In this document: positions 38,646 through 46,962 of the stretch, piece after piece
How positions within the stretch are numbered: the first letter of the stretch is position 1
Layout of the letters: the number at the start of each line of letters is the position of its first letter
Assembly (NCBI GenBank): GCA_965198235.1
Contig: OZ240248.1
Location: forward strand, 4,998,881 to 5,062,880
Length of the DNA: 64,000 bases
Reading direction: 5' to 3'
From: Candidatus Poribacteria bacterium
Lineage (GTDB): Bacteria; Poribacteria; WGA-4E; WGA-3G
Program-made: the position numbers and the translations under genes
The notes under the pieces: generated by a model
What the model was told of the DNA's origin: nothing
What the model saw: only the letters and a program-made list of their open reading frames with translations
Database searches by the model: none

Positions 38646-40187
38646 GTGATAAACCTTTGTAATGTCCTAAATAGTTCGATACGTCTACAGGTGCAGGCAC
38701 ATTGGGAACCGATTGCGGATTCTACGTTTCGTATGCACAAGACATCGCCAGAACACGTTGAACTCTTCGATCTGTCACCAAACCATCCTGTCAAAGAATA
38801 CAGGACAGACGCTTTCAAGGCATTTCTTCCGTCATCAACTGTAGGGGTGGGTGATGTTTGGGAACTTGATCCGAACAGTGTTGTCTCTTTCCTGCGCCAG
38901 TTTCATTCCGGTGTGACCACACCCGTATATCACGGTGCGGAGGGTGCGTTCGCCTGCTTACGTGCTTTTTCGTCAGTTTACGCTGAGATTGTTTTCCGAA
39001 TTCATGCGGACTTCACGTTGGAAAGCGTCGCTTATGAGAAGTGGCGTGCCGCCAACGCCTCGGAGGACGACGATAATAAATCCCGTTTTGTCCCCTCCCA
39101 TTTCGTCGGACGATTGTTAATCAATTTGAAAGAAGGAACGGTTCGGGTGTTTTCGCTCTATCTGCCGGCACGCAATAGTAACGTTGTCATCAGTGCTTTT
39201 GGCGGTATTGATATGGTTTATGTGCCGCGTATGGAACTCCTCGCTACGGACGAGACCGACAAAGACGAGATCGCGTGGGATGCTGCTATTACAACGGAAG
39301 AGGCACACCGGATGTTGGAATTGAAGTTCTATAAATTCGCTGAGATTGATTGGCTACCGATTGATGAGGCAGTTGCACAGGCGAAAGCGACCAATCGTCC
39401 GATCCATGCAATCCTCGTCTGGGGGTGTTTAGACGATGAATCCTGCTGAGCGAACGGCAAATATTTGAGGGCGGGTCCGCTCTCCGATTCAGAAGTGATA
39501 ACAACGCTCAACGAGAAGTTTGTCAATACATGGGTGCTCCTCCGGGAATTGCCAGAACTAATAGGTGGTGCGAAAGGCGAGGCGGTCAGCCTCGTCGCAA
39601 AAGAGATAAAACGCCACTACACTGACTCTGTAGATATTCTGGCACTCACCCCCGATGCGGAAGTTATCATGCATCAGCCGGAGATGGCTCTACCGTACAG
39701 GAACCAGGCGCAAGCGTATCTAAAAGTGTTACAGCATGCTGTGGACGCATTTGAAGGGAGACGCACCCGTGTAGGCAACGCGTCAAAATTAGATCGGAAC
39801 CCGATCAGCTTGGGGACGGAGTTGATGGAGGTTTTACACGTTTTTAGCACATCCGACACCAATACCCCGACTTACACAGTTATTGAAATTGATACGACAC
39901 CGTTTGAACGCGGTGGGATCCTCCACATTGAAATACATGTGGGTGAGAACAGGTTGGCAGGAACGTTTGAATTGTTTGATGCAGATACCGAAATTTCTAC
40001 AAAAAATGATGAAGATGAAACTCTGGATGGTGCATGGAACGTTTCATCCGGTGGTGTAGGGCACATCTTTCACGATTTTAGTCGGGGTCGGCGTTTCAAG
40101 TTAGTCGCTACAGGGGCAAACAACCAAAAGAGTGTTTCCAATGCTTTTCTGGCACGTGTCTCTATCGTCCCACCGTTTGAAAAATAG
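38646..40187 (+). CDS. Candidate selenoprotein A: unknown N-domain, thioredoxin-like fold with C-U motif (TGA 39447-39449 read as Sec), beta-rich C-domain
   Basis: ORFs 38646-39449 and 39465-40187 share a frame and are separated only by one TGA. The junction reads ..PIHAILVWGCLDDESC-U-ANGKYLRAGPLSDSEVITTLNEKFVNTWV. The second half has no SD or ATG. GTG start after GGAGG, and no signal peptide. Confidence 0.6.
39467..39484 (+). promoter_or_regulatory. SECIS-like hairpin 17 nt downstream of TGA (locus A)
   Basis: GAGGGCG-GGTC-CGCTCTC: 7 bp including one G-U pair, with apical loop GGUC. Confidence 0.45.
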
Positions 40188-40314
40188 CCCATATTATTCC
40201 AACCTACCTGTCAACGCGTGCCTGCCTATCTACGTTTCTATGAAATACATGCCGAATCGGTGGTGTTGTGTCTGTTCTATTAGGTTTGTGTCCGATTTTC
40301 CCTGATTTTTTGAA

Positions 40315-40357
40315 GAATTAGGCAACTTTCTTGTCCGTTACCCGCGTCACTATATAT
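40315..40357 (+). promoter_or_regulatory. ECF-type promoter motif P1 (GAATTAGGCAAC-N18-CGTCACTATATAT)
   Basis: AAC ends at 40326 and CGTC is at 40345-40348. About 120 nt upstream of the PD40 gene. Confidence 0.5.
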
Positions 40358-40477
40358 TGATATGGGAATCTACGCGAACAGAAACTTTCCGCGGGGAGGG
40401 TGTTTACATAGATATTTCCCGTAATTTAGTGTCGGGTAAAATCAAACATCAAGACTCATTTTAGTAGGAGGCACCCT

Positions 40478-41518
40478 ATGAAACATAAGTCGGTTTCTCC
40501 TTTTTTAGGAGTTGGAGGCTGCACCAAATTTCTAATATTCAGTTATGCTATCAGTGCCCTACTCATGTTCAGCGGCAGCACTGCTGTATGGGCAAAAGCC
40601 CCGGAGACAGCGAAAATTACATTTATGTCAAAGCGGGACGGTAACGCTGAGATCTATATCATGAACCCCGACGGGAGTGAGCAAGTCAATCTCACCCAAC
40701 ATCGTGCAGCCGATTATACACCAGCCTGGTCGCCAAACGGGAAACAGATATTGTTCAGCTCAGATCGAGATGGAATTTTTGATTTGTATCTTATGGACGC
40801 AGATGGCACAAATGTCCGGAAGGTGTTCGCAAGCAGCAAATACAGATGGGAGCCTGCCTGGTCGCCCGATGGTAAACGAATTGCCTATGCACAAGGAGAT
40901 CCAGGAAAGGCAAAACTACAGTTTGGGTTACGATTTGTCCCTTACGCCGATCTCACACTTTACATCGCAACACTAAATGGAGACTCCGTTGAGAAATTGA
41001 CGGATGGATTTGGTCCGAGTTGGTCTCCTGATGGACACGAGATAGCCTTTGTGGTGGGTGGTCGCAAAAGTACACTACTGGGTATTTACGACTTGAGGAA
41101 ACGTTCCCAAAAAACGCTCATCTCAAAGAAGATGCCGTGGATATTTGATCCCAGCTGGTCTGCACAGGGTGACAGAATAGCTTTCGCGAAACTCGAGGGT
41201 GCTGCGTTTGATGCACAAGGTTTTCTTAGGTTTAAGAAGGGTACGATTTACACCATAGATAGTGCTGGGGGTGGACTTCATCAGATTACCGACGAGAACT
41301 CTTCTGACCCAACCTGGTCCCCAGATGGCAGCGAACTCATTTACAACTCTCGGGTGGGTTTTTCGCAACTCTTCAGAACGGGCTTGAACGGCGACAATCC
41401 AACACAACTGACGCATGACGGAAGTAATTTGAGTCCAGATTGGTTTGACCCCTTTTATAGCGTTTCGCCGTCGGCGCAATTGTTAACGACGATGTGGGGA
41501 AAAATCAAAGTGGATTAA
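40478..41518 (+). CDS. Exported PD40/TolB-like beta-propeller protein with TTW-type tail
   Basis: Signal peptide. Repeated (P)xWSPDG/NG blades. Tail [15 protein letters not shown]. Confidence 0.8.
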   Translation: MKHKSVSPFLGVGGCTKFLIFSYAISALLMFSGSTAVWAKAPETAKITFMSKRDGNAEIYIMNPDGSEQVNLTQHRAADYTPAWSPNGKQILFSSDRDGIFDLYLMDADGTNVRKVFASSKYRWEPAWSPDGKRIAYAQGDPGKAKLQFGLRFVPYADLTLYIATLNGDSVEKLTDGFGPSWSPDGHEIAFVVGGRKSTLLGIYDLRKRSQKTLISKKMPWIFDPSWSAQGDRIAFAKLEGAAFDAQGFLRFKKGTIYTIDSAGGGLHQITDENSSDPTWSPDGSELIYNSRVGFSQLFRTGLNGDNPTQLTHDGSNLSPDWFDPFYSVSPSAQLLTTMWGKIKVD

Positions 41519-41607
41519 GTTAACTATAAATCGTTCCAGATTCAGGGCAGTGAATGCCTTTTGCTTCCAATTGTCAAAATTTATTCCCAGATTTTCATTT
41601 TTTTTCA

Positions 41608-41650
41608 GAATTAGGCAACCGTTTTTCCGATCCTCCGCGTCACTATATAT
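41608..41650 (+). promoter_or_regulatory. ECF-type promoter motif P2
   Basis: GAATTAGGCAACC..CCGCGTCACTATATAT. AAC ends at 41619 and CGTC is at 41638-41641 (18-nt spacer). Confidence 0.5.
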
Positions 41651-41714
41651 CAACACGATATTTGTGTGACAAATTTTGGAAGATTCAAATGACTCCATAG
41701 GAGGAAGCGAAAAC

Positions 41715-42536
41715 ATGTTACGGACATTTACTGCTGCTTTTTCGAGTGTCATTATGCTATTGCTGGCAGCTTCTGCCAACGCGGGTTTGGATGAAGATCT
41801 CGTTTTTTATCTGACCTTTGATAACGTTAAAAATCAGACGATTATTGATGAATCTGGCAATGGTCTTGATGCAGAAATACTTGAGCATGTCGAGATTGTC
41901 AAGGGTAAATATGGAGATGCAATCCGTCTTAAAGGTCAAAGCGGGGATTGCGTTAATATCCCTGCTCAAGAGAAATTGAAAGTTATAGGCGAGATAACAA
42001 TGATGGCATGGATTTATTCTCCAGAAACATGGAACAACGAGAAGATGCATTGGCTGGAAAAAGATTGTCATTTCGTTGTTCCGATTGGTTGGGCGCACTG
42101 TTACGGTATCGCTGGTGTTGATGTCGGTAACGGACCAGAAATCTTTTTGTTTTTGGGATCACAGGTAGAGGGGAAATGGGACCGGCAGGAGTTCAGAACT
42201 CCACATAAAATGGGCGAAAAAAAATGGCATCACGTTGTCGGAAGTTACGATGGCGAAACCATGAAAATCTATGTGGATGGTACAGTCATAGGGGAAGAAA
42301 AGAAAAAATTCAATTTCTTTGGAGACAATGACGCGGACGTTCGGATCGGATGTGCAAAAGATGTCCCCCACCTTACATTCACAAACGGCTCTATTGATGA
42401 AGCTGCGGTCTGGCAACGAGCACTGAGTGATGATGAAATTAAACAAGCCATGACAGGGAACTTTCTCGCTGTTTCGCCGAGCGATAAAGTGGCGACGACT
42501 TGGGCGGATATGAAAAGAAGAGCAGTCGTTCCTTAA
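41715..42536 (+). CDS. Exported LamG-like domain protein with TTW-type tail
   Basis: Start set to the ATG at 41715 by comparison with the paralog at 43790 (RBS AGGAGGA). LVFYLTFDNVKNQT..DESGNG and IDEAAVWQRALSDDEIKQAM. Tail SDKVATTWADMKRRAVVP. Confidence 0.75.
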   Translation: MLRTFTAAFSSVIMLLLAASANAGLDEDLVFYLTFDNVKNQTIIDESGNGLDAEILEHVEIVKGKYGDAIRLKGQSGDCVNIPAQEKLKVIGEITMMAWIYSPETWNNEKMHWLEKDCHFVVPIGWAHCYGIAGVDVGNGPEIFLFLGSQVEGKWDRQEFRTPHKMGEKKWHHVVGSYDGETMKIYVDGTVIGEEKKKFNFFGDNDADVRIGCAKDVPHLTFTNGSIDEAAVWQRALSDDEIKQAMTGNFLAVSPSDKVATTWADMKRRAVVP

Positions 42537-42579
42537 CGGCTACCTGCAAAGTCAGAATTTCCCCATAAAGGAATGTAGG

Positions 42580-43602
42580 ATGAAAACAATACGGTTGTTA
42601 GTTTTTGCCATATTGAACATATTGATGCTGAACGTAAGCGTTTGCCTCGCTTTCGCAACAGCACCCACAACCGCCAAAATTCTGTTCACCTCTTCACGGG
42701 ACGGCAATTATGAGGTCTACATCATGAATCCGGACGGTAGTGAACAGGTGAATTTAACACAACATCGCGCAAATGATTTTCAAGCCGTATGGTCCCCCAC
42801 TGGGGAGCAGATTCTTTTTGTCTCCGATCGCGATGGCGGCATCCGAGACTTGTATCTGATGGACCCCAGTGGATCCAATGTCCGACGCGTTTTCACGAGG
42901 AAACGAAAGTCTTATAGGGATTCTCCGACGTGGGCACCCGATGGCAACCAGATTGCTTACGTACACCTGAATTGGAACGGTGTCAGGTTCCATATCTACG
43001 TTGCAATCTTGGGTAAACAAAAAGAGGAACACCTCGTTGAGGGTAGACGTCCGACGTGGTCACCCGATGGAACGAAAATAGCATATATGTCTTATATTGT
43101 AGATACCTGCCGAATTGCTCTTATTGACCCCCACACACGAAGGCAAAAACACCTCCTATCGAGGAAAGCAACGCCTTGGCAAAATCATCCATTTTGGTCG
43201 GCTACGGGGAGCAAACTCGCTTTTTCTTGGAATAAGAATCCGTTACCGCGCCTTTTGCCGGGTGATCGTTTCCCATCCGTATGGCTGGATAAGGAGACAA
43301 TCTATATTGTGAACAGCGACGGGACCGATCTCCGAGAACTTCTGGATGAAGCTGGGCCCAGAGCACAGTATCCAGTGTTGTCGCCAGACGGGAAAGAGGT
43401 ACTTTATACACAAGAAATTAAGGGTCGCCTACAAATTTTCAAACTTGATGTACACAGTGCCACTCGGGCACAGTTGACAAATATCGGGCGAGTCTTTGAG
43501 GCGAATTTCGGAGGGGATTGGTTCGATCCTGTGTATTCGTTGCCTGTTTCGCCACAATCGCGACTGCTAAGCACAGTATGGGGAAAAGTAAAAAAGAAAT
43601 AG
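42580..43602 (+). CDS. Exported PD40/TolB-like beta-propeller protein with TTW-type tail (paralog)
   Basis: Signal peptide and WSP(T/D)G repeats. Tail QSRLLSTVWGKVKKK. Confidence 0.8.
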   Translation: MKTIRLLVFAILNILMLNVSVCLAFATAPTTAKILFTSSRDGNYEVYIMNPDGSEQVNLTQHRANDFQAVWSPTGEQILFVSDRDGGIRDLYLMDPSGSNVRRVFTRKRKSYRDSPTWAPDGNQIAYVHLNWNGVRFHIYVAILGKQKEEHLVEGRRPTWSPDGTKIAYMSYIVDTCRIALIDPHTRRQKHLLSRKATPWQNHPFWSATGSKLAFSWNKNPLPRLLPGDRFPSVWLDKETIYIVNSDGTDLRELLDEAGPRAQYPVLSPDGKEVLYTQEIKGRLQIFKLDVHSATRAQLTNIGRVFEANFGGDWFDPVYSLPVSPQSRLLSTVWGKVKKK

Positions 43603-43682
43603 TGTCATAGGTAGAATCACCATGAAACTGCTGTGTTATGCACGTTTTCCGCTTTGTGTATCATATTTTCTTTATGTTTGCA

Positions 43683-43725
43683 GAATTAGGCAACCGTTTT
43701 GTCTGTCTCCCGCGTCATTATATAT
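43683..43725 (+). promoter_or_regulatory. ECF-type promoter motif P3
   Basis: GAATTAGGCAACC..CCGCGTCATTATATAT. CGTC is at 43713-43716 with an 18-nt spacer. The downstream leader is nearly identical to that after P2. Confidence 0.5.
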
Positions 43726-43789
43726 CGATACGATAGCTGTGTGACAAATTTTAGAAAGTTCAAATGACTCTATAGGAGGAACAGAAAAC

Positions 43790-44611
43790 ATGTTACGGAC
43801 ATTTATTGCTGCTTTTTCGAGTGTCGTTATACTGTTGTTGGCAGCTCCTGCCAACGCAGGTTTGAATGAGAAACTCGTTTTTTATCTGACGTTTGATAAT
43901 GTTAAAGATCAGACAGTTGTTGACGAATCTGGGAATGGTCAGGACGCAGAGATACTTGAGAACACCGAGATTGTCAGGGGCAAATATGGGAATGCCATTC
44001 ATATTACAGATGATGGTCAGGATTGCGTCAGTATTCCTTCTCAGGAAAAACTGAAAATTACAAGCGAAATAACAATGATGACCTGGATTTATTATCAAGA
44101 AACATGGAAAGGCAAAAGGATGTTGCATTGGCTTGATAAAGGCTGCCATTCGGGAGACGGTTGGGCTGGAACTTACGGTATCGGCAGTTCCGATATCGGT
44201 AACGGACCAGAGATTGTGTTGTTTTTCGGGTCGCGGGAGAAACAGGGGATTACGGACCGGCATGAATTCGCAGTTCTACACAAAATGGGTGTTCAAAAAT
44301 GGCATCATGTTGCTGGGAGCTACGATGGGAAAACCATGAAAATTTATTTAGATGGTAAAGTCATAGGTGCGGAAAAGAAGAATTTCAATCTCTTTGGTGG
44401 TAATAACGTGAACCTCAGGATCGGATGCGCAAAAAACAGCCCGCAGTATGCATTTGCCAACGGTTCTATTGACGAAGCCGCAGTCTGGCAACGAGCATTG
44501 AGTGATGATGAAATCAAGCAGGCGATGGTAGGGGACTTCCTCGCTGTTTCACCGAGTGATAAAGTTGCAACGACTTGGGCGGATGTGAAAAAGAGGATGA
44601 TAGCCCGTTAG
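43790..44611 (+). CDS. Exported LamG-like domain protein with TTW-type tail (paralog of 41715-42536)
   Basis: About 70% identical by eye to 41715-42536. Tail SDKVATTWADVKKRMIAR. Confidence 0.75.
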   Translation: MLRTFIAAFSSVVILLLAAPANAGLNEKLVFYLTFDNVKDQTVVDESGNGQDAEILENTEIVRGKYGNAIHITDDGQDCVSIPSQEKLKITSEITMMTWIYYQETWKGKRMLHWLDKGCHSGDGWAGTYGIGSSDIGNGPEIVLFFGSREKQGITDRHEFAVLHKMGVQKWHHVAGSYDGKTMKIYLDGKVIGAEKKNFNLFGGNNVNLRIGCAKNSPQYAFANGSIDEAAVWQRALSDDEIKQAMVGDFLAVSPSDKVATTWADVKKRMIAR

Positions 44612-44724
44612 CGGGTTTCTGGAAAGTGAGAATGCTATCACCCTTATTGATGCTTCAAAATCCTGTAAGTGATAATGAAGCGGAATATTTAAGCATTGTT
44701 ATTTAAGGTATGTGCACCTTTGCA

Positions 44725-44767
44725 GAATTAGGCAACCGTTTTGTTTGTTCCCCGCGTCACTATATAT
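44725..44767 (+). promoter_or_regulatory. ECF-type promoter motif P4 (upstream of the selenoprotein B / ECF sigma unit)
   Basis: GAATTAGGCAACC..CCCGCGTCACTATATAT. CGTC is at 44755-44758 with an 18-nt spacer. The following GAATCTACGCGAA is shared with P1. Confidence 0.45.
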
Positions 44768-44908
44768 CGAGATTAGAATCTACGCGAAGAACAACTTTTT
44801 GTATAAGTGTTGTTTGCGTAGAATGTTCTTGTTAATTGCTATAACGTGAGTTCAATATGAGAAATTGGTTCACTATATAGGTCGTGTTGAACAAAAAGGG
44901 ACATAACA

Positions 44909-45037
44909 CCCAAGATGCATATTTTGCTCCGTAGGAGCAACATGTCTATAGCAGTCGTCCGACACGACGTTTCCGCGCCGTAGGTGCGGTATGTAGTATC
45001 ACCAGAGATAGCTCCGCTGGGAGTGCGAGTACTTGGG
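44909..45037 (+). repeat. Cluster of four short GC-rich hairpins enclosed by CCCAAG/CTTGGG
   Basis: GCTCC-GTA-GGAGC (44926-38), GTCGT-ccgac-ACGAC (44954-68), CCGCGCC-GTA-GGTGCGG (44973-89), GCTCC-gctg-GGAGT (45011-24). The outer pairing is 44909-14 with 45032-37. Confidence 0.4.
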
Positions 45038-45186
45038 CATCGGGTTTTCTATTCTCACTGCGAAGCAATAGTACTGCTCTGGAGCGATGGAATTTGTCCG
45101 TCACCTGCTTGGAATAGGCGTGATATATCCTGTCGAATCTTTCTAATCTTTATGTCAACTCCACGTTACTATAAGGAGATTTGAAG

Positions 45187-46866
45187 ATGAAAATCTTAAC
45201 CGTTGGGTTTCTTATTCTGGTAATGATGAGTGGAGTGCTGAATGCCGATAACCACTCAACAACTCACAACAAAATTACACTGAACCTTGACGGGACCCCA
45301 GAAGTATCTGTCAAAGGCTTCATTGCTCCGATTGAATATACACAATACAATTTCCATGTGGAGTGGGATGAACTGGCAAATCTGCGGGTTGCTGAGCCGG
45401 AGAAGCGGTATTCTGCATCGGTTTTCCATGCCTTTCTGCCCTCCGAAGCGGTTTCTGTAGGCGATCTCTGGCAGATTGAGGAAGAGGGGGTGCTAGAATT
45501 ACTAAGGCAACTGAACCCCAATCCGAGGCTGGACCTGGACATCAATATGGGAGATTCCCGTGGACTGTGGGCATGTCTGCGCGCCTACAATGATGAATTT
45601 GCTAAGATTGTGTTCCGCATCCATGCAGAATTCGTCTTAAACGATGGTCGGTTCACTCCATCTCAGTTTACAGGACATCTTGTTATTGATCGAATTAGAG
45701 AGAGGATTGCCTCCTTCAAGATGTATGTTCCTGAAGGTGTACTGAATTTTGATGTCGGGCGAAACAGTATCGGAGCTATAGATGTCGGTTTTTGCCCGCA
45801 AATGGAACTCCGTGCTAAGGCACCAGAAGTGGTATCGGACATCAAGTTTGCGGAGTCCATCACCCAAGAAGCGGCTGAGCGGGTGCTGATACTGCGTTTC
45901 TACAGATCGCAACAAATCAACTGGGTGTCTCTGGAAGAAGCGTTAGAGACGGCACCGGCGCAACGAAAACCTGTTCATGTTGTTTCGATAGATGGACCGC
46001 TTGCGGATGAGTCGTGCTGAGGGAGTGGCAAAACTCTGAGGGCAGTTGTCCTCTCTGACGATAAAATTATAGAGTTCTTGAACGAAAACTTTGTTAACAC
46101 ATGGGTGCCGAATTCTGAATTAGGGCGCGTCTCCAGTTTGCGGGAGCCGATTGACAAGAGACGCGAGCGCGAAGGTAAAACGTTTGACACAAGCCACGCC
46201 TTGGCACAAGCAATTATAAAGGGTTGGAAAGAGGGGTCGCCTGTGGATTGTCTGGTTATCTCGCCGGAGTTTGAAGTGATGGGTAGGCAACCTGTCAACG
46301 AAATCGGGTGGTCCAACGGAGTAGCATTTTACATGAATTTCCTCCAAGAGTCCTTAGAGGGGAAACTACCAGGGTTCGGTGAGGCCGCCTCGAAACCTTT
46401 ACCGAAACCTAGTTCAGAGTCTTACTCTGGATTAGGTGCTGTTGTGCCAGAGGATTTAAAAGTTATACTCACCCGTGAAAAGCCCCAGCAGGAAGTTCTC
46501 AGCATTTTCCGGACACCAGAATCCGGCTATCAAGATTATACTGTCGTTGAAATTGATACGACAGCGTTTAAAGGCGGCGGTATGCTTACTATTGATATCT
46601 TAGTAGGAAGTGCTGAATCCAAAGGCTCGTTCGATCTTTATGATGGTGACACTGAACTTCCAACACAAGGTATGCCTCGCGGCGCGCTTACCTCTGCGTG
46701 GGATGTTCCTCCCGGTAAAAGAGGAACAATCAAGTATCGTTTTGACCGGGGTAAAGTTTTTAAGTTAGGAGCTACAGGCAGTTGGTTCAGTAAGGAAGGG
46801 AACATCAACGCTTTTCTCGCTACAATTTCTGTAGCCCCTATGGCGAAAGAAAGTAACGAACATTAA
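45187..46866 (+). CDS. Candidate selenoprotein B (exported): unknown N-domain, thioredoxin-like fold with C-U motif (TGA 46018-46020 read as Sec), beta-rich C-domain
   Basis: ORFs 45181-46020 and 46078-46866 share a frame with only one TGA and no other stop between them. The junction reads ..PVHVVSIDGPLADESC-U-GSGKTLRAVVLSDDKIIEFLNENFVNTWV. ATG at 45187 after AAGGAG. Signal peptide MKILTVGFLILVMMSGVLNA. Confidence 0.6.
46038..46053 (+). promoter_or_regulatory. SECIS-like hairpin 17 nt downstream of TGA (locus B)
   Basis: GAGGGC-AGTT-GTCCTC: 6 bp including one G-U pair, with G and U in the apical loop. Same offset from the TGA as in locus A. Confidence 0.4.
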
Positions 46867-46962
46867 CGCCACTTCCATGCTAATGTGTCTCCCAAAAAAG
46901 TCTGCCCAGCATGGAATATTATTATAGCGTCTAATGAAGTTATCCCGTTCTGGAGGTAACGA

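Noticed and set aside
39447-39449. TGA reassignment by an alternative genetic code (TGA read as Trp or Gly), or a sequencing error, as the explanation for the in-frame TGAs.
   Set aside because: TGA ends several well-defined genes at the expected length (pyrG 700-702, dctQ-like 2499-2501, polA 28144-28146, mqnA 35155-35157). The same codon position is TGA in two diverged paralogs, so neither global recoding nor a random error fits.
44984-45184. 66-aa ORF in the leader of selenoprotein B.
   Set aside because: It has no RBS. It overlaps the hairpin and repeat cluster and runs into the true RBS and start. The composition is not protein-like.
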